Below, in pieces: positions 41,248 through 50,847 of a stretch of DNA of 64,000 bases. Under the pieces are notes generated by a model. It was not told where the DNA came from. It ran no database searches and saw only the letters and a list, made by a program, of their open reading frames with translations. The position numbers and the translations under genes were made by a program. Every line of letters starts with the position of its first letter. The first letter of the stretch is position 1. The stretch comes from Bacteroidota bacterium (GTDB lineage: Bacteria > Bacteroidota > Bacteroidia > JABEUT01): the NCBI GenBank assembly GCA_013285805.1, contig JABDGY010000002.1:6011-70010 (forward strand), in the 5' to 3' direction.

Positions 41248-44200
41248 TTACCATTGTTTAATCATCTTAGGTTGGCCAATAATGGTTCCATCCTGTGAAA
41301 TAATTCGTATAAGGTACATACCGTTAGGAAGGTCTGACGTGTTAAACTGCATGTGCACATCCTTAACCGATACGGTCCTGATAAGCATACCGAGCGTATT
41401 ATATATCTCTACTGTAGAACCTTCTTCCAGGCCATTTATCTGGAATTCTCCGCTGTTCGGGTTCGGGTAAAGGGTTACTTTACTTTCGGTAACATTTATG
41501 TTATCCACACCATTTGGGTTTTCTCCAATTTCGCCAACGGAGCAGCTAACAACTGTAGCAACTGCATTTACCTGGCAACCTTTCTTATCAGTTATAGTAA
41601 CTGTATAAGAACCTGCTGAAAGTTTGGTTGCATAGTAAGCAGTCTGTCCTGATGGTGTCCAAAGGAAAGTGTACGTTGGTGTTCCGCCTTTGTAACCTAC
41701 ATAAGCACTACCATTACCTGTAAGAGAACAGGTTGTTTTGGTAATACTATCCCTGAGTTGGGTAGGTTGTGTGATGGTAGTAGCAAGAGCAGTACCTGCG
41801 CAACCATTAGCATCGTTAATTACAACTGAGTAACTACCTGCTGTTAAACCTGAAGCCGTAGCTGAAATACTTACGCTTGGTGACCATGTAAAGGTATAAG
41901 GAGGTGTTCCATCCTTCACGCCTACTGTTTCAGAACCATTACTTCCGCCATAGCAGCTAACTTCTGTAGTTAAAGCTGCAACCAGGCTATCCCTGATTTT
42001 TGAAGGCTGGGTAATAGTTGCTTTTGCTGTAGCATTCGAGCAACCATTGTGGTCTTTTACAGTCACAGTATAAGTTCCAGCAGCAAGGCTAACACCTGTT
42101 GCTGAAGTACCACCTGAAGGAGACCATGCGTATGTATAAGGACTTGTTCCGCCCTTTACACCTACAGTAGCTGTTCCTGTTTTACCACCATTACATGCAT
42201 CGTTGGTTGTTGCTGTAATACTATCCCTGACAGCAGAAGGCTGGGTGATTGTTACAGTTGCAACCGCTGTACATCCATTCTTATCGGTAACGGTTACAGT
42301 ATATGAACCAGCAGCAAACGTGGTAACTGCAGCGGTTGTAGCACCGGTTGACCATTTATAGGTATACGTAGGTGTTCCACCTTTTACGCCTACAGTAGCC
42401 GCTCCGTTAGTACCACCATTACATGTTACATTCTTCAGGCTTGTAGCTACAATGCTATCCCTGAGTAATGTAGGTTGGGTAATAGTAACAGTAACTGTTG
42501 TACCTACGCATCCGTTGGCATCGTCAACTGCTACTGTGTATACACCTGCAGCAAGGCCGCTGGCTGTAGCTGTTGTTGTGCCATTCGACCATGCATAAGT
42601 ATAAGCCGGAGTTCCGTCTTTTACCCCTATGGTTGCGGTACCAATGGTAGTGCCATTACAATTATTATTTACCACTGATGACGTTACTAAACTATCCCTG
42701 ATTTTAGAAGGCTGGGTAATAACCGCATTTGCAGTAGCTGAGCAACCGTTGTGGTCCTTTACAGTTACAGTATAGCTTCCTGCACCTAAGCCGGTAGCAG
42801 TAGCACCTGTTCCGCCAGAAGGAGTCCATGCATAAGTATAAGGACTTGTACCGCCTGTTACACCTACTGAAGCACTACCTGTTTTTCCGCCGTTACATGC
42901 ATCATTAGTTGAAGCAGTTATGCTATCCCTAACAGCTGAAGGCTGGGTAATAGTTACAGTTGCAACTGCTGTGCATCCATTCTTATCGGTAACAGTTACA
43001 CTATATGAACCGGCCGTAAGGGCACTAACTATATTACTTGTGCCACCTGTTGACCAGCTATATGTATAAGGGCCTGTTCCGCCTTTTACGCCTAATGTGG
43101 CACTTCCGTTAGCACCGCCATTACATGTTACATTCTTCATGGTTGAGATACTATCCCTGAGTATGGCAGGCTGGGTAATGATAATTGTAAGCGTGGTGCC
43201 TGTGCAGCCATTCGCATCTGAAACTGCAACTTTATATGTACCTGCAGTTAAGTTATTGGCAGTTGCGCCTGTGCTGACACTCGGGGTCCAGCTAAAGAAG
43301 TAGGGAGCTGTTCCACCCTTTACGCCAATGGTAACGCTACCATTGTTTCCACCATAGCAACTTACATTAACCTGTGAACCGTGAGCAATACTATCTCTGA
43401 TAGCAGCAGGTTGAGAAATTACCACACTAGTGGTTGTTGCACAACCCAGGTGGTCTTTCACAGTAACAGTATATGTTCCTGCGCCAAGGCTGCTTGCTAC
43501 AGGAGCAGTGCCGCCTGTGGGAGACCAGGAATAAGTATACGGGCTGGTTCCACCGCTAGCTGTTACAGTAGCACTTCCTGTTTTGCTGGCGTTACAAGCA
43601 TCGTTTGTTTCCGATGTTATGGTAGCGCTAGGGGCAGGATTAGGCAATGTAACAGTAGCCGGAATACCTACGCAACCATTTGCATCGGTAATCGTTACTG
43701 TATAAGTGCCCGGAGCCAATGAACTTGTGCTTGATGTTGTAGCACCATTTGACCAGCTATATGTATAAGGGCCTGTTCCTCCGCTTGCTGTTACACTGGC
43801 AGAACCATTGCTGTTCGAGCAGGTTGATACAGTGTAGGTTGTTGTAGCCGTAATTGCTGAAGGCTGAGTGATAGTAGCCGAATCAACTAAAGTACACCCG
43901 TTAGCATCAGTTATAGTAACTGAATACGTTCCTATTTTAAGGCCGGTTATTGTATCACTCTTCACCTTATTGAACCATTTGTACTTATAAGGAGCAGATC
44001 CACCGGTAACAACTATAGAAGCGCTTCCATTGCTATCGCCATAACATGTAACACTCTTAGGAGTTATTACAGCTGTTAATGGTGTAGCATTCACAACTTT
44101 CACACTATCAGTGTTTGTACATCCGTGAAGGTCGGTTACGGTAACTGTATAAGTACCTGGCGCCAGATTGTTATCTACGTTTGAAACGCTGCCATTAGAC

Positions 44201-47025
44201 CAAAGGTAGGTATAAGGAGGTGTTCCACCGCCAGAGTATGCTGTAGCTGTTCCATTGTTCGAATTATAGCAGCCAAGGTTTACAGATATGCTGTCAACCA
44301 CCAATGCAGGTGGATTGTAAACACTAACTGAAGCCGAGGATGTACATCCGTGTGCGTCGGTAACAGTTACACTGCTTGTACCACCCGGAAGGGTATTGTC
44401 GGTAGCCGCTGTTACTCCATTGCTCCATGCATAGGTATAAGGAGAGGTCCCGCCTGTTACTACAACAGTGCCGGTATCGTTAGCGCTTCCGTTACAAGTA
44501 ACGTGGCTCAACTGCTGGCCTTTAACAGATACGTTATCGAACCTGTTATTGCCACTGGTAAGTGTTACGTTACTACCTCCAAACTGAATCTGGAATATTA
44601 AATTAGGGTTATTATTGGCTCCTTTATCAGAAGAAAGGTCAATATGAACCGGATACCACAAACTAGCTGATGTGATAGCATTAATGGCAGTCATTGAATC
44701 GGGTCTTGCTATACCGCCAACATTAAATGTATCCATAGCAGAGGTCAGGTTATTCCATGTAGAACCGCCATCTTTACTATAAGAGAATATAAGGAACTGA
44801 GCTCCCTTACCGCTTGAAGCAGAAAGTGCCCAATCTAACACTATGTTCTGGTAACCTGTTGTAGGAATATACCACATAAATGATGAACCTTGAACAGGGT
44901 TACGCGACCTTACAAAAAGGTTACCGGCCGCTGAACTACCGGTGTCGTTACCTGCTATTGGCAAATCATTAACTCCTGCACCTCCTGAACCATTATCAAG
45001 CAGCGAAGCTGTTGATGAAGGGTGTGAATATATCATGTGCGGGTTAGTTGTAGGAAGAACAGAAACATTAGGAGGCAGCGGGAATGCGCTGGTACCTAAG
45101 CTATCTCCACCGCCGCCGCCGGCAGGTGCTGTAGTGTTAAAATCCCAGTAGTGAATAACTTGCTGGGTAGATGCATTTTCAATGGTATCGTACAATACTG
45201 CAGGCTGGGTAACAGTACCCGTTGCAGCTGATTGGCATCCATTGCTCTCGGTAATGGTAACCGTGTAAGTGCCTGCTGTAAGACCACTTATAGATGTTGT
45301 GGTTGCTCCGTTTGACCATAAATATGTATAAGGAGAAGAACCGCCGGTTACTGTAACTGAAACTGCGCCATTACTGCCGCCGTTACATGATACATTGGTA
45401 ACTGTTGTGTGTCCAACAGCGCCGCTGGTACCAACTGTTACAACAGCAGTACCTGTACAACTATTAGAATCCTTAACGGTAACGGTATAAGAACCTGTAC
45501 CTAAGCCTCCGATAGTTGCAGTAGTAGCGCCTGTAGACCATAAGTAAGTATAAGGAGCGCCTACTTTATGAGGAGTTCCTCCACTAGCACTGGTAACAGA
45601 TGCACTTCCTAAAGTAGTACATGTTACAGGTGAAGAAGAAGTTGAAACTGAAATAGTAGAAGGTTGTGTTATATTTACAGAAACTGTACCTGTACAACCT
45701 TTTGAATCTGTTACAGTACAGGTATATGTACCTGCGGCAAGACCGGTTGCGGTTTTATTCGTGTTTCCTGTTGACCATAAATAAGTATATACACTTGAAC
45801 CGCCGGTTGCATTAACTGTTGCGCTACCATTTGAAGAACCATTACATGTAGGACTAATTTGAGATGTAACGGTAGCAGTAACTGCAGCAGGTTGAAGAAT
45901 TGTAACAGTACAAAAATAATAACCTGAATTATTATCATTTACGTTTACAGTATATGTACCAGCCGCTAAGCCATAAGCTGAATCGGTGGTGGTTCCACCA
46001 TATACTGGAGAATTGGTAACATTTGAAGACCATGAATAAGTATAAGGAGGGGTTCCGCCAACAGCCCATACACGGGCGCTTCCATTATCGCCACCGGAAC
46101 AAGGTGTTACATTTTGACGATTAACACAATACGCTACAAGACCTGTAGTAGCGCTATCGCCGAGAACTGCAAAGTTATCGTAGCGGCCATTCCCGCTGCC
46201 ACCGTTTGAACCTGTACCCACAACTTCCCAACGAAGCATAAAGTTAGGGTTATTGTTAGCAGTAGTTACAGAAGAAAGATTAATTGCAATAGGGCACCAT
46301 AAGCTACTGTCGATACCCGTGGTAGTAGCAGAACAAACTAACAATGAATCGGTGTTGGTTACCCATGAAGACCACCTTGCATTGTTAAAACCAGCAACAG
46401 AAGCTTGTCCACGTGGAATTGAATTCCATGAGGTACCTCCGTTTGTGCTGTATTGGAAAATGTCATACTTATTACCCTTTGAACTTGAAGCGGTAATAGC
46501 AAAATTAACGTGAATGTTCTGGTAACCTGTAGTAGGCATATATACATATGCATAACAGTTTTCAGATGGGTTACGTGTCCTGACAAAACAGTTTCCTGTT
46601 TCACTGGTTCCCGTATCTGAATAGTTCATGTAGTTATAACCCTGGCCACTATAAGAATAGTAAGTGGCACCACCCTGTCCATTGTCAATAATACTATCAT
46701 GGATAGTAGCTGCCAATGGTGTAGTTTGAATTGCATGCGGGCGGATATATACTATCCTGGGATTGCTGCTTACTAATTTCGAATAAACGGCAAACATTGA
46801 ACCTGTATGTTCAAGACTATCCGCATTACGCGAAGGAGGAGACGACAGTGGTGTGTAAGACCACACTGTCCCGAGACTATCGGCTGTTCCCCCATACATG
46901 GGCATTGTGCCGTTAAAATCCCAAAAGTGGATTAATTGTTGTGGTTGCTGGGCGTAACTTCGTGTTGCGAAGGATAGAAAGACCGCCAGCAAACAAACGA
47001 CAAAGATTTTTAAATTTGTTTTCAT
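41248..47025 (-). CDS. large T9SS type A cargo adhesin: two 'HFWDFN' domains + many SprB repeats
   Basis: Signal peptide from MKTNLK (ATG 47025; the ORF-track start 47109 falls inside the promoter). SprB repeats C.G..NG...GGT.PYTY.W...L.AG.Y.VTVTD.NGC; CTD LYPNPN...GMYLIRI...KMIKQ. Confidence 0.92.
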   Translation of the reverse strand: MKTNLKIFVVCLLAVFLSFATRSYAQQPQQLIHFWDFNGTMPMYGGTADSLGTVWSYTPLSSPPSRNADSLEHTGSMFAVYSKLVSSNPRIVYIRPHAIQTTPLAATIHDSIIDNGQGGATYYSYSGQGYNYMNYSDTGTSETGNCFVRTRNPSENCYAYVYMPTTGYQNIHVNFAITASSSKGNKYDIFQYSTNGGTSWNSIPRGQASVAGFNNARWSSWVTNTDSLLVCSATTTGIDSSLWCPIAINLSSVTTANNNPNFMLRWEVVGTGSNGGSGNGRYDNFAVLGDSATTGLVAYCVNRQNVTPCSGGDNGSARVWAVGGTPPYTYSWSSNVTNSPVYGGTTTDSAYGLAAGTYTVNVNDNNSGYYFCTVTILQPAAVTATVTSQISPTCNGSSNGSATVNATGGSSVYTYLWSTGNTNKTATGLAAGTYTCTVTDSKGCTGTVSVNITQPSTISVSTSSSPVTCTTLGSASVTSASGGTPHKVGAPYTYLWSTGATTATIGGLGTGSYTVTVKDSNSCTGTAVVTVGTSGAVGHTTVTNVSCNGGSNGAVSVTVTGGSSPYTYLWSNGATTTSISGLTAGTYTVTITESNGCQSAATGTVTQPAVLYDTIENASTQQVIHYWDFNTTAPAGGGGGDSLGTSAFPLPPNVSVLPTTNPHMIYSHPSSTASLLDNGSGGAGVNDLPIAGNDTGSSAAGNLFVRSRNPVQGSSFMWYIPTTGYQNIVLDWALSASSGKGAQFLIFSYSKDGGSTWNNLTSAMDTFNVGGIARPDSMTAINAITSASLWYPVHIDLSSDKGANNNPNLIFQIQFGGSNVTLTSGNNRFDNVSVKGQQLSHVTCNGSANDTGTVVVTGGTSPYTYAWSNGVTAATDNTLPGGTSSVTVTDAHGCTSSASVSVYNPPALVVDSISVNLGCYNSNNGTATAYSGGGTPPYTYLWSNGSVSNVDNNLAPGTYTVTVTDLHGCTNTDSVKVVNATPLTAVITPKSVTCYGDSNGSASIVVTGGSAPYKYKWFNKVKSDTITGLKIGTYSVTITDANGCTLVDSATITQPSAITATTTYTVSTCSNSNGSASVTASGGTGPYTYSWSNGATTSSTSSLAPGTYTVTITDANGCVGIPATVTLPNPAPSATITSETNDACNASKTGSATVTASGGTSPYTYSWSPTGGTAPVASSLGAGTYTVTVKDHLGCATTTSVVISQPAAIRDSIAHGSQVNVSCYGGNNGSVTIGVKGGTAPYFFSWTPSVSTGATANNLTAGTYKVAVSDANGCTGTTLTIIITQPAILRDSISTMKNVTCNGGANGSATLGVKGGTGPYTYSWSTGGTSNIVSALTAGSYSVTVTDKNGCTAVATVTITQPSAVRDSITASTNDACNGGKTGSASVGVTGGTSPYTYAWTPSGGTGATATGLGAGSYTVTVKDHNGCSATANAVITQPSKIRDSLVTSSVVNNNCNGTTIGTATIGVKDGTPAYTYAWSNGTTTATASGLAAGVYTVAVDDANGCVGTTVTVTITQPTLLRDSIVATSLKNVTCNGGTNGAATVGVKGGTPTYTYKWSTGATTAAVTTFAAGSYTVTVTDKNGCTAVATVTITQPSAVRDSITATTNDACNGGKTGTATVGVKGGTSPYTYAWSPSGGTSATGVSLAAGTYTVTVKDHNGCSNATAKATITQPSKIRDSLVAALTTEVSCYGGSNGSETVGVKDGTPPYTFTWSPSVSISATASGLTAGSYSVVINDANGCAGTALATTITQPTQLRDSITKTTCSLTGNGSAYVGYKGGTPTYTFLWTPSGQTAYYATKLSAGSYTVTITDKKGCQVNAVATVVSCSVGEIGENPNGVDNINVTESKVTLYPNPNSGEFQINGLEEGSTVEIYNTLGMLIRTVSVKDVHMQFNTSDLPNGMYLIRIISQDGTIIGQPKMIKQW

Positions 47026-47104
47026 TTGATGTTTTGTTTGATTTTGATTGATTTTGTTTGGTTTAGAATTACTTGAGTTAATAAAAAATATGTTTTTTTG
47101 ATGT

Positions 47105-47185
47105 CGCAAGATTAGCCCCTTAATCTCAACTTACTATGTCCGGCTCATTAATTAAATGCTAAAACTTTCTGTAGGAATTCTGTGT
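47105..47185 (-). promoter_or_regulatory. variant promoter (TAATCTTGCG) + phased hexamers + TCTGTAG repeat
   Basis: -7 element 47107-47114; CATTAA 47146; TGCTAA 47157; TCTGTAG 47168; TCTGTGT 47179. Confidence 0.65.
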
Positions 47186-47583
47186 TAAGAAAATGTGAAT
47201 AGACATATGCAGCTATGTTAAAAACACCCGGAGAATGCCCTGTTTTAAAGGGCTACAGGAAAGTTTTCGTTGATGTTAATTGCTGTAAATCAGGCAAAAC
47301 CAACAAAAGAAGGTTATTCATATATTATATGAATATTAAGCCAATATTAACAAGGAATAGTAATAGTCTTAAGGGCTTTTAAATTAAGCTGGGGAAAAGC
47401 AATATTACTGCCTGGTTAGCTTATTAAATAACCTCGCCTATTTTCTGCTTTCCCCTATATCTTATCACCAGTATATTTTATCCATTATTATCAGAAAACG
47501 TGCCCGGTGATTCAGTATGAATAAAAGCTGAAGTAAGCTTAACCCTAAGGGGTTAATTTTTTCAATTTAAGGTAATAAAGCGG

Positions 47584-48333
47584 TTATAATGAATCAATGA
47601 CTTGCAGGAAAAGGTTCTTCTTTCTTGAAGAAACTGGAATAACCGACGAATCCTTCATAACGGCATACCCCCCATCGGCTTTCTTATAATGCTCAAAATA
47701 GTCAAGGTTGATAAAATGGGATTGATGTATCCTGAAAAAACCGAATTCATTCAGCATATCATCATATTCCTTTAAAGGCTTTGAAATTAAAATCTTGCGC
47801 CCGTCGTTCAGGAAAAACCTGGTATAATTTGCTTCCGATTCACAACGGATAATATCCTTTATGGCTACTGCATATATACTGTCGCTCGTTTTCAAGACAA
47901 TTTTTTTAGACTCCTTATTATTGTTTGAATAGTTATTCTCCAGAACTTCAAGGCCCTGGTTTATGGATGGCTGGTTAACAACCTCCTCAGCCTTGGCTAT
48001 AGCTGCAACCAATTCATTTGAATCAATAGGCTTTAAAATATAATCGAGTGCACTGAACTTGAATGCTTTTAAAGCGTGGGTTTCATACGCTGAAATAAAT
48101 ATAACCTTAAAAGTAATAGGCTTTAATTTATTCAGCAGGTCGAACCCGCTTCCGTCGCGCATTTGTATATCCAGCAAAACAAGGTCGGGCTTATGCTGCT
48201 TAATGGCCTGCATACCCGATTTAACCCCATCGGCTTGTGCAATAACTTCAACTTGCTTGCAATACTTACTAATAATTGAAGCAATTACCTCGCGGGCGCT
48301 TTGCATATCGTCAATTATTATAACTCTTGTCAT
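47584..48333 (-). CDS. LytTR-family response regulator
   Basis: REC domain (IIDD, LLDIQM, DYILKP) plus LytTR domain (FFRIHQSHFIN, IPVSSR). Confidence 0.96.
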   Translation of the reverse strand: MTRVIIIDDMQSAREVIASIISKYCKQVEVIAQADGVKSGMQAIKQHKPDLVLLDIQMRDGSGFDLLNKLKPITFKVIFISAYETHALKAFKFSALDYILKPIDSNELVAAIAKAEEVVNQPSINQGLEVLENNYSNNNKESKKIVLKTSDSIYAVAIKDIIRCESEANYTRFFLNDGRKILISKPLKEYDDMLNEFGFFRIHQSHFINLDYFEHYKKADGGYAVMKDSSVIPVSSRKKNLFLQVIDSL

Positions 48334-48363
48334 TTATTCGTATATATTATAAAGATAAGTATT

Positions 48364-50490
48364 CTATGTCAATTCATGGAGTGGAAACTCAAAGACTACT
48401 TTTGTCCCCGTTGCTTCTCCTGCTCCATTTCTTAAGTCTATAATTTTCATTGAAATCTTTTTGCTTCCGTTCCCGTTAAGCAAGGTAATTCGTTCTTGTG
48501 TAATATTAGTGGCAACCGACAAATGTTTATCGCCCCGGTGTTTATTTATTTCATTCGCCTTTTCCCGGCCAATGCCGTTATCTTCTATTTCAAGTCTGAA
48601 TTTCTCTCCCTGCTGTTTTAACCGTATCGTAACCATTCCCTTTCCATCCGTTTTATTTGATATGCCATGTTCTATAGCATTTTCAATAAAGGGTTGAGCT
48701 ATCATCGGTGGTACGTTAATATTTTCAGTGTCCATTTCAGCATCTACATCAATAACAAAGTCGAACTTATGCTGGTAGCAGAGTTGCTGGAGAATGAGAT
48801 AATACCGTAAGGTAGAAATTTCTTTTTCAAGAGAAACATATTCATGCTTCGAACCTTCAAGAATAGAGCGCATAAGTTTAAATACCGACGAAAGGTAATC
48901 AGCCGCCTTTTGTGGTTCTTCCTTATAAATGAAGTTCTGTATGCTGGTCATTGCATTAAATATAAAATGCGGGTTCATTTGCGAACGCAATAATTTTTGC
49001 TGCAATTCTATTTTTGTGTGCAATGTCTTTATCCTGTTCTGGCGGAGCCATAAGAACCCAATGCCGATAATAATTAGAACAAGGCTTATCAATCCGAAAA
49101 TAAGATAGCCGCTTTGTTTTATTTGCAGGTTCTGTATTTCATTCTTTTGCGCCAGTTCTTCAATTTCCTTTTGTTTTTTCTCATTTTCATACCTGGCTTC
49201 CATTTCTGCCATTTGCTTGCTTTTTGCTATGCTAAAAAGTGTATCCTTTAAATGAATAACATTATCGAGGTATTGTGCCGATGCTTTATAATCTCCCGCT
49301 TTTGCCAACGTATGCCCCAATACCAACGACAACTCCATTTTTTGTTGTGTCAGCCCAAGGCTGTCAGCAATACCATATGCTTGTTTAAAACATGCTATTG
49401 CTTTCGCATAGTCTTTCTTTATTTCATAAATATCGCCAACACCGCGTATTCCCATTACAACACTTAACCTGTCATTTACAATTTTAGCTTCGGCAATGCT
49501 GTTCTGTTCATATACTAAAGCTGAATCAAGTAATTTAGCATGCGCAGTATAAAATCTTTTATCATTTGAAACATATTCAAGCCCTTCACCTGCCGTATCA
49601 TCTTCATAAGCCACAAGGAATGTCTGTCCTATATTACCAATAGCCTTTTGAATGTTGCCCAGTTCACCAATCTGCCTGCTTAAATTAAGCGCACGGTAAG
49701 TATATAACATAGCCATAGAATGGTTATGCAGATATAAATATCCCAGGCCTATATTCTGGTAGTCGGGTATAAGTTTGGTGGGGTCACCGGAAGTACTATC
49801 CATTTTAAGAGCCAGGAAATTATTTTTGAGCCCTTTTAAATTATTTCCTTCTATATAATAAAGATTACCCAGGTTGCTATATATTGATGCAGTTCCCGAT
49901 TCATCGTGCTGTAATTCAAATGCCTTTTCAGCCTTAATAAGATATTCCTCTGCTTTGGGGTAATTGCCCATATCTTCATAATCAAGTCCTATGTTATTGC
50001 ACATTTTCCCAATAGATTTCGGGTTTAACATGCTATCAATTGAAAGGGCTTTGAAGTAATAGTCGAGCCCGGTAGTATAATCATCCTGGTCAGAAGTAAT
50101 ATTCCCCAGCTCATTATAAATAGAGCTCAATTTCACATTATTGTTATACTCATTGCTTGCAGCCAACGCGCTATCTTCATAGGAAATGGCAGTTTTCAAA
50201 TCGCCTTTCAGTTCATAAAAGAGCCCTATGTTATATTGTGCATTAATTATGCCTTTCTCCCATTTGCCTGAACGTGAAAGGTTTAGTGCCTGGCGAACAA
50301 CCAGCAGGGCAGTATCAGGATTTTTAAATCCCACCTCATAGCCCAGGTGTATGAGTGTATTAATTTTTTCAGTATCACTGGTTGAATGGGCAATAACATT
50401 TTTAAGTGAATCGATTTTATAGCCGGCAACAAGGGGCAAAGAAAAACTCTGAAAAAATAAAAGAATTAATATGTGCTTCTTTTTACTCAT
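48364..50490 (-). CDS. TPR-containing LytS-type sensor histidine kinase
   Basis: LRSQMNPHFIFN, QPFIENAIEHG, EDNGIG, GTKV. Confidence 0.95.
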   Translation of the reverse strand: MSKKKHILILLFFQSFSLPLVAGYKIDSLKNVIAHSTSDTEKINTLIHLGYEVGFKNPDTALLVVRQALNLSRSGKWEKGIINAQYNIGLFYELKGDLKTAISYEDSALAASNEYNNNVKLSSIYNELGNITSDQDDYTTGLDYYFKALSIDSMLNPKSIGKMCNNIGLDYEDMGNYPKAEEYLIKAEKAFELQHDESGTASIYSNLGNLYYIEGNNLKGLKNNFLALKMDSTSGDPTKLIPDYQNIGLGYLYLHNHSMAMLYTYRALNLSRQIGELGNIQKAIGNIGQTFLVAYEDDTAGEGLEYVSNDKRFYTAHAKLLDSALVYEQNSIAEAKIVNDRLSVVMGIRGVGDIYEIKKDYAKAIACFKQAYGIADSLGLTQQKMELSLVLGHTLAKAGDYKASAQYLDNVIHLKDTLFSIAKSKQMAEMEARYENEKKQKEIEELAQKNEIQNLQIKQSGYLIFGLISLVLIIIGIGFLWLRQNRIKTLHTKIELQQKLLRSQMNPHFIFNAMTSIQNFIYKEEPQKAADYLSSVFKLMRSILEGSKHEYVSLEKEISTLRYYLILQQLCYQHKFDFVIDVDAEMDTENINVPPMIAQPFIENAIEHGISNKTDGKGMVTIRLKQQGEKFRLEIEDNGIGREKANEINKHRGDKHLSVATNITQERITLLNGNGSKKISMKIIDLRNGAGEATGTKVVFEFPLHELT

Positions 50491-50588
50491 CTTATATTAA
50501 TACTGTAAAGATAAGACAGGTTGCCGATTGATGGCAAAAAGCCCCTTTTTTATTCATTTACCTATGTTTTCCGGTAAAAATCTATAAC

Positions 50589-50617
50589 CGAATAATAGTT
50601 TAGATATAGCGAATAAT
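50589..50617. promoter_or_regulatory. putative LytTR-binding direct repeat
   Basis: CGAATAAT at 50589 and 50610 (21-bp period) between the divergent kinase gene and 50848. Confidence 0.55.
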
Positions 50618-50847
50618 CAATGGGCTATATTCTATAGGAAAGAGAGGGGTTAAATGGAATCCCGATTACTGAAATTTGCGTTGAAAGTATATGTAAGTAC
50701 AATTATGAGAGCAACAGATTCAGCTTTTATTTTCTTACCGGTGGAATACGTATCGAACAAAAGTTAAGGGACCTAAGGCAAAACTAAATTTACTATATAT
50801 TTGACAATCATCCTTAATCGCAAATTACATACTTAATAAATACAATC

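Noticed and set aside
47026..47109. N-terminal extension given by the ORF track (similarly 61432-61533, 29248-29292, 15896-15943, 40667-40735)
   Set aside because: These extensions overlap promoter elements or neighbouring genes; for the secreted proteins the downstream ATGs give clean signal peptides.
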